A DNA stretch of 50,115 nucleotides, counting the filler, from Candidatus Zhuqueibacterota bacterium (GTDB taxonomy: Bacteria > BS750m-G25): assembly GCA_016783505.1 (NCBI GenBank). It is 4 parts of 4 records of this genome, joined end to end, with 100 filler letters (N's around TTAATTAATTAA, not from the genome) between each part and the next. Parts side by side here need not be neighbours in the genome. Positions count along the whole stretch, not along the records: positions 1 to 12,796 come from JADHWK010000064.1; 3 more parts are not named here. One strand, given 5' to 3'. Below the pieces are notes generated by a model. The model was not told the origin of the DNA, searched no databases, and saw only the letters and a list, made by a program, of their open reading frames with translations. Position 1 is the stretch's first letter, and every line of letters begins with the position of its first letter. Of this stretch, positions 1 through 8,312 are shown one piece after another. Made by a program: the position numbers and the translations under genes.

Positions 1-112
1 TTTCCATCTCTATCTGAAAGAAATCGAGTGGAGATTCAATCACAGAGATGAAAACTTGCTAAAAATCTTAAGAAAATACTTGAATCAGCCAGTTATCAAA
101 GAACAATTTTAG
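1..112 (+). mobile_element. 3' end of IS1595-family (ISXO2-like) transposase, partial
   Basis: Frame 2 reads FHLYLKEIEWRFNHRDENLLKILRKYLNQPVIKEQF*. The YLKExxxRFNHR motif is typical of IS1595 transposase C-termini. Truncated by the window edge. Confidence 0.65.
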
Positions 113-277
113 TGCAACTTTAGTGGTCAATTACCAAATTTATTACTCATATTCAACTACCCCTTTATCCATTTATCCATCTATCCATGTCTTTTTTTAT
201 TCCCCCTGTCTCCCTTGTCCCCCTTTTTCCCCCTGTTCCACTTGTGACAAGTTTAGTTACTACTTGACATCTTTCTG

Positions 278-1516
278 TCAACACTGTTTCAATTTTTCCC
301 ACAGAAGGTAAAACACCGCTTGGGCTGTCTGTGCCTTATGGGTAAGGCGATCGTTCCGGAAGATGAACTTTCTATAATCCGACCCATCTTTATCCGCATA
401 TCCGATATAAACCAACCCTACGGGTTTTTCCGGGGTCCCTCCCGAAGGACCGGCGATGCCGGTGGCAGAGACCCCGACGTCCGCTCCGGCTTTGTCCCGA
501 ACTCCAGCGGCCATGGCCCGGGCCACTTCCGCTGACACGGCCCCATGATCCTGAATCATTCTCTCCGGGACATCCAGAAGTTCCGTCTTAGCCCGGTTAG
601 AATAGGCCACCACCCCCCGCTCGAAATAATCCGAAGAGCCGGGAACGTCGGTGAACCGGTTAGCGATCAGCCCCCCGGTGCAGGATTCCGCCACAGCGAT
701 TTTCAACCCCTTCTCTCGCAGGGCTCGACCAACGACTGCCTCGATGGTTTCCCCATCGGTGCCCCAGATGTATTTTCCTATGCGGGAACGAAGCCAGTCC
801 TCCGCCTTCCCGACCCTTAGTCGGCATTCACCCTCGTCTATCCCCTGGGCGGTGATGCGGATGTCCACCCCAGCGGGATCGGGCAGAAAGGCAATCCCCA
901 CCGTCTCTTCAATTTCTTTTAAGGGGCCCAGCCGCTCGAACAGGGCTGATTCGGAAATCCCCGATGTCCTCAGGGTCCGAAAGGCCATTTGAACACGGAC
1001 CCCTTTTCCCTTAAGCTGGGGAATAACCCCCTGTTGCAACATCGCCTTCATCTCCAAGGGAACCCCGGGGAGGGCGAAAAAGAGCTTACCGTTCCTCTCA
1101 AACCGGATACCCGGGGCGGTTCCGTAGTGGTTATCAATGGGCTGAGCCCCATCAGGGAAGAGCGCCTGCTCCCGGTTAATAGCGGGCATCCCCAACCTCC
1201 GGTGTTTAAAACGACCCCTGATCTGGTCAAATAGATCTTCTCTGAAAGTAAGCCTGGTCTGAAAAAACCGGGTCAGGACCGGTTTAGTACGGTCGTCGTG
1301 GGTGGGACCCAACCCCCCGGTGGCGATGACCACATCAGCCCGATCCCAGGCTGTTTTAAAAGCCGTTTCTATAGAAGTCTCCTCATCCCCAACGGTGGTA
1401 AGCCATCGGGGCAAAACCCCGATCCGCACCAACCTGTCGGCAATATAGGCAGCGTTGGAATCCAACAACTGCCCCATCAAGATCTCATCTCCGATGGTGA
1501 TGATCTCGGCAATCAT
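278..1516 (-). CDS. cinA: Competence/damage-inducible protein CinA (MoCF-like domain + PncC NMN deamidase domain)
   Basis: IGDEILMG, TGGLGPTHDD, AESCTGG and SATGIAGPSGGT motifs. ATG at 1516 chosen; TTG at 1525 is the alternative. Confidence 0.95.
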   Translation of the reverse strand: MIAEIITIGDEILMGQLLDSNAAYIADRLVRIGVLPRWLTTVGDEETSIETAFKTAWDRADVVIATGGLGPTHDDRTKPVLTRFFQTRLTFREDLFDQIRGRFKHRRLGMPAINREQALFPDGAQPIDNHYGTAPGIRFERNGKLFFALPGVPLEMKAMLQQGVIPQLKGKGVRVQMAFRTLRTSGISESALFERLGPLKEIEETVGIAFLPDPAGVDIRITAQGIDEGECRLRVGKAEDWLRSRIGKYIWGTDGETIEAVVGRALREKGLKIAVAESCTGGLIANRFTDVPGSSDYFERGVVAYSNRAKTELLDVPERMIQDHGAVSAEVARAMAAGVRDKAGADVGVSATGIAGPSGGTPEKPVGLVYIGYADKDGSDYRKFIFRNDRLTHKAQTAQAVFYLLWEKLKQC

Positions 1517-1561
1517 CAAGTTCAATCATTTATTTTAGGAACGCACTTAGCCCTAATGCTA

Positions 1562-2002
1562 CTAACCCAAGATCAGCAAAATCAACCATAAAATTAGATT
1601 GGTATAAATTCCCGCCCCCACGTCATCCAGCATCACCCCCCAGCCCCGGGGCAGGCGCTCAAGCCTTTTTAAGGGAAAGGGCTTGACGATGTCCAGCACC
1701 CGAAAGAGCAAAAATCCCGCACCGAACAACCAAACCTTAGGCGGGATCAGGAAAAGGGCTATCCCCATACCGGTGAACTCGTCAATAACAATCCGGCGAT
1801 CGTCCGTACAGGACCATTTTTCGAATTCAGTAGCGGAAAAAACCCCGATAAAAAACAGGAGCAGTAATACTAGAAAAAATGTCCTTACACTGGCGAAGGG
1901 AAAGAGCCACAGCATTACCGCCGCCACCAGGCTCCCCGCCGTGCCCGGCGCTACGGGAAAGTAGCCTACACCAAAGAGGGTAGCAATCCATTTACTGAAC
2001 AT
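1562..2002 (-). CDS. pgpA: Phosphatidylglycerophosphatase A
   Basis: APGTAGS, IVIDE, FRVLDIVKPFP and GVMLDD motifs; adjacent to pgsA. Confidence 0.93.
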   Translation of the reverse strand: MFSKWIATLFGVGYFPVAPGTAGSLVAAVMLWLFPFASVRTFFLVLLLLFFIGVFSATEFEKWSCTDDRRIVIDEFTGMGIALFLIPPKVWLFGAGFLLFRVLDIVKPFPLKRLERLPRGWGVMLDDVGAGIYTNLILWLILLILG

Positions 2003-2057
2003 AACCCAAAGGGCAATTTCTTAGCTCTTCCTTAGAAATTCCGAAATGTTCAAATAT

Positions 2058-2651
2058 TTATAGTGCCTTGGCCCCCAATTTTACATGGGCTTTCAAGTAC
2101 TGGGCGGCCGAAATCACTGCCAAAGTCATAGCCAAAAAGACAAAAATTTCTATGAGGTAATCAAAATTTGACAGGGTCAAAAAAGAGAAGTTGACCTTAA
2201 GATCTTTTACCACATTCAGATAAACCAAAGCGAAGATAATGGAAAACAGCTGGATGACCGTTTTCCACTTGGCCAACAGCGAAGTAGCAATGGACCGCTC
2301 CCGATGGATTGCATATAACCGTAAACCTGTGATAAGGATTTCCCGGACGGCAATAACGATGACCAGCCATAACAGTATTGGGCTTTTTATACGAATAACC
2401 AAAAGGAAGAAGGCTGACAGGGCAAGGCATTTATCGGCTAACGGGTCGGCAAAGCGGCCGAACTTGGATACCTCTTTCCTCTTCCGAGCGTAGTAACCGT
2501 CGAATAGGTCGGTGAACGCCGCCACGATAAAAACAAAGGTGGCCAGCACCCTCAAATAGGGATTCCCCGAAAAAAAGAGGAAAATGAACAGGGGAACCAG
2601 GGCAAAGCGAAGAAGGGTCAGCACATTGGGTATGTTTAATATCACCATCAT
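2058..2651 (-). CDS. pgsA: CDP-diacylglycerol--glycerol-3-phosphate 3-phosphatidyltransferase
   Basis: NIPNVLTLLR and the CDP-alcohol phosphotransferase motif TDLFDGYYAR...FGRFADPLADK. Confidence 0.93.
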   Translation of the reverse strand: MMVILNIPNVLTLLRFALVPLFIFLFFSGNPYLRVLATFVFIVAAFTDLFDGYYARKRKEVSKFGRFADPLADKCLALSAFFLLVIRIKSPILLWLVIVIAVREILITGLRLYAIHRERSIATSLLAKWKTVIQLFSIIFALVYLNVVKDLKVNFSFLTLSNFDYLIEIFVFLAMTLAVISAAQYLKAHVKLGAKAL

Positions 2652-2664
2652 TATAGTATTTTAT

Positions 2665-3252
2665 TCACATTTCAACGCGATCTTCCAGGGCCCGGGCCAG
2701 GGTGACCGTATCGGTAAACTCCAGATCACCCCCTACTGAAATCCCCCTGGCGAGCCGGGTGATCTTAACCCCCTTTGCCGTCGCCAGCTTGGAAAGGTAA
2801 AGGGAGGTGGTATCCCCATCGGCGGTGGGATTTAAGGCCAGGATAACCTCCTGGACGACGCCGTCCAGGCGGGATAGTAATTCTTTGACCTTTAGATCAT
2901 CAGGACCGACCCCATCCAAGGGGGAAAGGACCCCCCCGAGCACATGATAAACCCCCTCATAACCCCCGGTTCTCTCCACCGCCTCCAGGTCTTCTGAATC
3001 CTCCACCACACAGACGGTGGTTTGGTCCCGTTTTGGGTTGCGACAGATGGAACAGGGGTCACTATCACTGATGGCAAAGCAGACGTTGCAATACCGCACC
3101 TTATCCTTGATGTTAAGCAACGCCTGGGCCAGGGCGGCCACCTCCTCCCGGGGCTTCTTCAACAGGTGGAAGGTAAGCCGCTGGGCGGTACGCCGCCCTA
3201 TTCCGGGAAGCTTGGAAAACTCAAACACCAACTGTTCTAAGGATTCGGTCAC
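2665..3252 (-). CDS. recR: Recombination mediator RecR
   Basis: HhH LPGIGRRTAQR, C4 zinc finger (CNVC...CSIC), TOPRIM YHVLGGVLSPLDG. Confidence 0.97.
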   Translation of the reverse strand: MTESLEQLVFEFSKLPGIGRRTAQRLTFHLLKKPREEVAALAQALLNIKDKVRYCNVCFAISDSDPCSICRNPKRDQTTVCVVEDSEDLEAVERTGGYEGVYHVLGGVLSPLDGVGPDDLKVKELLSRLDGVVQEVILALNPTADGDTTSLYLSKLATAKGVKITRLARGISVGGDLEFTDTVTLARALEDRVEM

Positions 3253-3455
3253 CCGCAGCCTCTAGCCGTCTATATAAGCAGAGATTTTGAAATTTAGGCC
3301 AAGTTTTTGTAGTAAAATAAAAATCTGATGCTTTAAAATCCGAAATACGATCCCGAACCTTCGGGACGAAACAGCCCAAAGCTGAGTTGCTTTGGTCATC
3401 GGTCAGGGGGGCGAAGCTTCGCTAGATCAAAACGAAACTACTGGGTTAGGGATCT

Positions 3456-3797
3456 TTAAGTTAACCCGGGAAATTTGATACCCCCGGTCAATCCTCCCAG
3501 CAGACCGCCGGTGGCGGAACTGATCTGCTCATTGGCCGCCTCCTGGGCCTTTTCCAGCCCCTGGTTGACGGCGGCCATGACAAGGTCTTCCAGCATCTCC
3601 GTATCCTGGGGGTCTACCACTTCCGGGGCAATGACAAGGCCCACCAGTTCCTGTTTACCATTTACACGCACCGTTACCATCCCCCCGCCAGCGGACCCTT
3701 CTACCACAATGTTCTCCAGTTCTTCCTGGGCCTTAAGAATTTTTTCCTGTATCTTCTGGGCCTGTTTTAAAAGGCCGGTTAAATTACCCTTGGTCAT
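3456..3797 (-). CDS. ybaB: YbaB/EbfC family nucleoid-associated protein
   Basis: LKQAQKIQE...[10 protein letters not shown]...[14 protein letters not shown]; canonical dnaX-ybaB-recR order; AGGAG RBS before ATG 3797. Confidence 0.93.
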   Translation of the reverse strand: MTKGNLTGLLKQAQKIQEKILKAQEELENIVVEGSAGGGMVTVRVNGKQELVGLVIAPEVVDPQDTEMLEDLVMAAVNQGLEKAQEAANEQISSATGGLLGGLTGGIKFPGLT

Positions 3798-3812
3798 TTT
3801 CACTCCTGCTTT

Positions 3813-4040
3813 TCATAATTTTACATCCTCGGTATACTGTTCTATTTCAGAAATGGCATCAAGTATATGTTGAAGTCTTGCTTTATCCCCGATATTACTT
3901 CTCATAAATCAATTCTTTTTCTTTGTCAATAATTGACGAATAAACTTTGAAACCGCTTTTTCTTAAAGTAGGTCCACTTTTCTGTTGAGTAAATCTTGTG
4001 ATTCTAATTTCATTTTGACGAATTCTAAACTAATCGGTTT
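3813..4040 (-). pseudogene. Degraded MNT (nucleotidyltransferase) / HEPN (DUF86, HepT-like) toxin-antitoxin pair
   Basis: 3905-3813 reads MRSNIGDKARLQHILDAISEIEQYTEDVKL* (DUF86-like N-terminus). Upstream reads KPISLEFVKMKLESQDLLNRKVDLL*EKAVSKFIR//IDKEKELIYE (MNT C-terminus with a stop and a frameshift). Confidence 0.7.
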
Positions 4041-4142
4041 AGGCTCTTAAAACAGGTTTGTCCTTGAAGTATCTTTTAATTTTTGAAATGTAACTTGTGT
4101 TCAAATTCATTTTAGTTAAATCCATTCTAGGTCATTTAGAAA

Positions 4143-5807
4143 TTACTCAACCAGTTCCCCTTTAAAAATCTCCATAATGTCCCCGATGATGGGCTCTTTC
4201 TGTTTTAAGCCTTCCAGCCATTTCTTTTTATCATCCCCCATCCTCGATTTGGCGGCGGGGCTTTTTACCATCTCCCCTACCACAAACTCAACTGACCATC
4301 TCTCGCCTAAGACCTTTTCCACCGCCCCAGCAATGAGGTCCCGTTCCTTCCTCAGTCGACCGATCTGAAATCCATTCCCCTGGGAAAGGGTAACCGTTAG
4401 TTTGCCTTCCTTTAAGGCAGTGGGCTCCCCCAGGACAAGAAAGACACCCAGGCTTTTTTTCCTTTCCCCCACTTCTGCAACCACCTTATTCCAAGAATCC
4501 TTAACTTTCTCTAATTTTTCCTGATCGTTCGCCCCGATAGAAGGGACCACAACAGCGACCGCCTGTTCCTCCCCCCTTTTAAGCAAACCTTCGGGAGAAG
4601 AAGCTTTTTCTCTTATCTTTTTTTTCGGGGATAAATCCTCTTTCACGCCCATGGAACAGGGCTGATCCTCCCCTGTTTTGAGCCCGACCAAACGCTCGAT
4701 CACCCCTTCAATCTGGACGCTTTCTTCTAGCTTGATCATCTTCAGAAAGGCCAGTTCGAAGGCCAGCCTCCAGTGGGGGTTTCGCCGCAGCCCCACTTCG
4801 GCGTCGGCGACGATCTTAATCAGCCGTAGCAGATCGTTCTCCTGATAAGAGGAACCTTCCTTCAGGTATCTATCTTTGTTCTCCGGGGTTGCTTCCACCA
4901 ACTCGGCGTTTCCCAGGGCTCGGGTCAAAAGCAGGTTGCGGAAATGCTCGCCCAGGCCGATCAAAAATTCCTGGGGGTCGTATCCCTGCCGGACGACCCC
5001 ATCAATCAGGGAGAGACACCCCCCCATATCCCTGGCCCTTATCCGATCGGAAACCTGAAAGAAAAGGTCCTGGGGAATAATCCCCAGCGTGTTGACTACG
5101 TCCTCTAAGCTCACCTTGTTTCCCCCGAAGGATACCATTTGATCCAGCAGTGACTGGGCGTCACGCAGGCTACCGTCGGCCTTGCGGGCCATGATCCGCA
5201 AACATTCATCGTCAACCTCTATCTGCTCCTGGGCGGCGATCTGTCGCAAGTTCTCGATCATGTCATCAATGGAAATGCGGTGAAAGTCAAACCTCTGGCA
5301 GCGGGAGAGGATGGTGGCCGGCACCCGATGGGGCTCGGTGGTAGCGAAGATGAAAACGGTGTGCCCCGGGGGTTCCTCCAGGGTCTTGAGCAGGGCGTTG
5401 AAGGCCTCCTTGGTGAGCATATGCACTTCGTCAATGATGTAAATTTTATACCGCCCCCCTACCGGCGCATACTTGATGTTCTCCCTCAGGTTGCGCACCT
5501 CATCGATCCCTCGGTTGGAAGCCCCATCAATCTCCAACACATCCAGGCTCCGGCCCTCGGTTATCTCTTTGCATCGGGTGCACTGGTTGCACGGTTCCGG
5601 AGTCACCCCCTGGGCACAGTTCAAGGCCTTGGCCAGGATGCGAGCGGTGGTGGTCTTCCCTATCCCCCGGGGCCCGGTGAAGATGTAAGCATGGGAGATG
5701 CGACTGGACTTAATGGCATTTTTAAGGGTCAGGGAGATATGTCCCTGCCCCACGATCTTTTCAAACACCTGAGGCCGCCACTTCCGGGCCATCACTAAAT
5801 AAGACAT
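4143..5807 (-). CDS. dnaX: DNA polymerase III subunit gamma/tau
   Basis: ARKWRPQ, Walker A GPRGIGKT, IIDEVHML, SRC motif, zinc cysteines. Confidence 0.98.
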   Translation of the reverse strand: MSYLVMARKWRPQVFEKIVGQGHISLTLKNAIKSSRISHAYIFTGPRGIGKTTTARILAKALNCAQGVTPEPCNQCTRCKEITEGRSLDVLEIDGASNRGIDEVRNLRENIKYAPVGGRYKIYIIDEVHMLTKEAFNALLKTLEEPPGHTVFIFATTEPHRVPATILSRCQRFDFHRISIDDMIENLRQIAAQEQIEVDDECLRIMARKADGSLRDAQSLLDQMVSFGGNKVSLEDVVNTLGIIPQDLFFQVSDRIRARDMGGCLSLIDGVVRQGYDPQEFLIGLGEHFRNLLLTRALGNAELVEATPENKDRYLKEGSSYQENDLLRLIKIVADAEVGLRRNPHWRLAFELAFLKMIKLEESVQIEGVIERLVGLKTGEDQPCSMGVKEDLSPKKKIREKASSPEGLLKRGEEQAVAVVVPSIGANDQEKLEKVKDSWNKVVAEVGERKKSLGVFLVLGEPTALKEGKLTVTLSQGNGFQIGRLRKERDLIAGAVEKVLGERWSVEFVVGEMVKSPAAKSRMGDDKKKWLEGLKQKEPIIGDIMEIFKGELVE

Positions 5808-5980
5808 GTTACGACCTATGTAAAATGATCAAAATTTATAAATCACAAGCTCCAATTCCCAAATTACAAACAAATCCTATCCCGAAGATTGGGGAACCAA
5901 ATGTTCAAAACCAACATCGTTTTGATCATCCATACGGATGATCCGTAGGAGGCTACGCTCCCAGGGGAATTTGGTGCTTC

Positions 5981-6039
5981 GGTCAGGTTAGTCAGGTCCG
6001 TCAGGCGCCGGACTGATGCCTAACTGACGCCCGACTGAT
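5981..6039. repeat. ~57-bp dispersed repeat with an inverted copy at 36074-36130
   Basis: GTCAGGTTAGTCAGGTCCGTCAGGCGCCGGACTGATGCCTAACTGACGCCCGACTGAT is the near-perfect reverse complement of 36074-36130. Shorter relatives at 15362-15384 and 36838-36852. Confidence 0.8.
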
Positions 6040-6101
6040 GTAATTTGGAATTTACTAACTTTAGTCCCGAACCTTCGGAAAAACAGGATGATGGTCAAAG
6101 G

Positions 6102-6377
6102 ACGGCTGTGCCCTACCTTCGTTCCTGTCTTACCCGACCTCCCCCACGATAGCCAGCTCCCGCCAAGCGTCCCCGGGGCAGCGGCCCAAAACGCCTACCG
6201 CTGCTACCTCCCGGTCCTGACGGGGTTTGGCGCTCCAGTCCGTCCCCGGGACTCGACGATCAACACCGCTTACCGGGAGGAACATCGGGGGACCCGGACC
6301 TCAGAGTAGGCCTTCGACCCTGCTATAGCGGATTGCAGGCTACAGGGCACCGCTAACTCCCCGTCTAGCACAGCCGT
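6102..6377 (-). ncRNA. ffs: Signal recognition particle RNA, long (Alu-containing) form
   Basis: Minus strand has the Alu domain GACGGGGAGTTAGCGGTGCCCTGTAGCCTGCAATCCGC and S-domain helix 8 CCCCGTCAGGACCGGGAGGTAGCAGC. Ends ACGGCTGTGC/GCACAGCCGT pair. Canonical position upstream of dnaX. Confidence 0.95.
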
Positions 6378-6452
6378 GGTGGAGCTGAGGGGATTTGAAC
6401 CCCTGACCTCTAGAGTGCGATTCTAGCGCTCTCCCATCTGAGCTACAGCCCC
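6377..6452 (-). tRNA. tRNA-Ala (anticodon CGC)
   Basis: GGGGCTGTAGCTCAGATGGGAGAGCGCTAGAATCGCACTCTAGAGGTCAGGGGTTCAAATCCCCTCAGCTCCACCA; G3:U70 pair; CCA encoded. Confidence 0.97.
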
Positions 6453-6523
6453 CGCGCGGTGTCTTTAAAACAAAGTTCGAACCTACCTGGTATAAAACAA
6501 TCTTTTAATAAATTCCTATTCTC

Positions 6524-6618
6524 GTATAATGTTCCCATCATAAAAGAAGTCCTGAGGGTAGCGAAGGATTTGGGTAAGTCCCGAAAAATCGGGGCGAACC
6601 TTTTATGCTGTGTTAGGC
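6524..6618 (-). repeat. attC-like site 3 (terminal, degenerate)
   Basis: Minus strand GCCTAAC-A-CAGCATAAAAG...CTTTTATGATG-GGAAC-ATTATAC. The conserved GTT reads ATT, and a CCCCGA-TTTT-TCGGGA palindrome sits in the loop. Confidence 0.75.
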
Positions 6619-6653
6619 GACAGTTTTGCGAGACGAATAACATCTTTTCAATT

Positions 6654-7670
6654 CTATTTTCTTTGACTCTCACTTTCTACACTTTTTACTTTCTCATTAT
6701 TTTTATGGGGTAGGTAGAATTCTCTTATTTCTTTGTCAAACTCAAGTGTATATTTCTCTTTATTGTAAAATAACGGAAAAGCATAAACTATCTGAGCCCT
6801 TGATGCATTGTTATTTTCCTCAAAAAATAAATATATCCCAACTGTCTGCATTTTTGTTCCGAGTGGTGCGATTGAGACCATAGAATCTTTGTATTTCTCA
6901 TCACGATACCATCTATTGAGCAAATCCTTTGTGCAAGCAGGATCCAGTGCTGAAACTTCTTCTACAACAGTATTAGGATGTTCCAAGATAGAACGGTTTG
7001 CTGAGCGTGATGGTAAATCAGCGCCGTGATAAGTAGGGGGATTGCCAATAACAGCTACTGTCAAATCGGGTTCAACATATTTCCAAATAGCATACGCCCG
7101 CTCACCCTCGTAACCAAGCAAAAGAATCAAGATATTTCTGTGAAGTTCTACACAGTCGAGATTGCCAAAATAAGGTAAATAAGTTATGTCTTTTATTCCC
7201 CAGGTTAAATTTTGTCTGACCATGTAGTATCCAGGAGTGTATAAAAGCCTTATCTTCGCATTCGGATAATTGGAACGCAGAAATCGAAGTAATAATAATA
7301 AATATTGTTTTGTAAAAGTTGAAATATCAACAGTAATTCGTTCTAATGAAGGATTTTTATGAGCAAGATCATGTAAGAATCGGGTAAATTTGGAAGAATC
7401 ATATTTATTGAAATACACAGGTTCTATTTCATGTGAAGGACTTTCTAAATAGGGTTTGAGTATTTCTTTTAATCTTAGTTGATGCTTATTTTTTAAGTTA
7501 TCTTCACCATAATACCTTACTAAAAGCATGTTGCGTGCCTTATATTCACTCTTTTTCAACCTAGCACTTACATTCAAACATCTTGGCTCAAAACTAACAC
7601 TCGCAATAAACAAATCGTCAGACTTTGAACTTTCGATGGGTCTAACTGTGCTTATCGGTATAACGCTCAT
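6654..7670 (-). CDS. Uncharacterised cassette protein, two Rossmann/CARF-like alpha-beta domains
   Basis: 338 aa with conserved-looking motifs SFEPRC, VDISTFTK, LGYEGER, IAPLGTK and QIVYAFP. Start overlaps the upstream stop (ATGA). AT-rich. Fold call is inference. Confidence 0.6.
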   Translation of the reverse strand: MSVIPISTVRPIESSKSDDLFIASVSFEPRCLNVSARLKKSEYKARNMLLVRYYGEDNLKNKHQLRLKEILKPYLESPSHEIEPVYFNKYDSSKFTRFLHDLAHKNPSLERITVDISTFTKQYLLLLLRFLRSNYPNAKIRLLYTPGYYMVRQNLTWGIKDITYLPYFGNLDCVELHRNILILLLGYEGERAYAIWKYVEPDLTVAVIGNPPTYHGADLPSRSANRSILEHPNTVVEEVSALDPACTKDLLNRWYRDEKYKDSMVSIAPLGTKMQTVGIYLFFEENNNASRAQIVYAFPLFYNKEKYTLEFDKEIREFYLPHKNNEKVKSVESESQRK

Positions 7671-8230
7671 TTTCTACTCCCTGATCTAAATTTAACCATA
7701 AAGTCTTCTAACGTATCCTCAATATTTTGTTCGTAAGTGTTTCTACGCCAAGCACAAGGGGAGGCGCTGTTCATTAATACAGGATTATCCCATAAATCAC
7801 CGTCATATGCATATATAACTGAAGACACATCTACAGCTTCAGATAATCCTAATTCTACCACATAATCTACCACTGCCTCTGTGCAATCAATAATCTTGAT
7901 AATGCAACTTTGTAGAGCAAAACACACTTGGCATGTCAAATCGTCCATTGGATAGTCCGACGAGGATATTTCAATTATATCATATTTATCTGATAGTAAA
8001 TTAATTAAAAAATCACATTGTTTCTTGTTTCTTGGTTGAAAAGCTATATATGCTTTCTCTATCCTTTGAGATATTTCGTTTTCATAATCGCAAGAAGATT
8101 TTTCTTTATCGAAAGGACATGACCAATGTTTTTTAAAAAAACTATAACCATGTTGGTGAATCGCATCCCTATACCATTCGTTAAAGGACATATTCTCAAA
8201 TTCAGGAGACGAAGGCTCCCACCTTTTCAC
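7667..8230 (-). CDS. C-terminal part of the frameshifted ATPase fusion (nucleoside deoxyribosyltransferase-like domains)
   Basis: This frame stays open upstream to the A10 run at 8369-8378, adding KRISTGVLFEIGLSLGYK. A second repeat reads IIDCTEAVVDYVVELGLSEA. Confidence 0.55.
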   Translation of the reverse strand: MKRWEPSSPEFENMSFNEWYRDAIHQHGYSFFKKHWSCPFDKEKSSCDYENEISQRIEKAYIAFQPRNKKQCDFLINLLSDKYDIIEISSSDYPMDDLTCQVCFALQSCIIKIIDCTEAVVDYVVELGLSEAVDVSSVIYAYDGDLWDNPVLMNSASPCAWRRNTYEQNIEDTLEDFMVKFRSGSRK

Positions 8231-8312
8231 ATCCCAATCTTTGAGGAGCTTAGGTAAACTTTTCTTTTCAAATTCTTCATAGCGGCAATCATTATAGAGA
8301 AAAAATGGACTT

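Noticed and set aside
160-245. Short tandem 8-9-mer repeats (also at 15405-15450, 27730-27840, 35935-35960) as a CRISPR array
   Set aside because: No constant 23-47 bp repeat with unique spacers and no cas genes; these are low-complexity degenerate repeats.
6088-6309. 73-aa ORF
   Set aside because: Antisense to the SRP RNA gene.
6443-6673. 76-aa ORF, and similar ORFs at 10286..10477 and 11145..11345
   Set aside because: They are translations of attC-like sites (RLT/TVRRH-type patterns), not credible genes.
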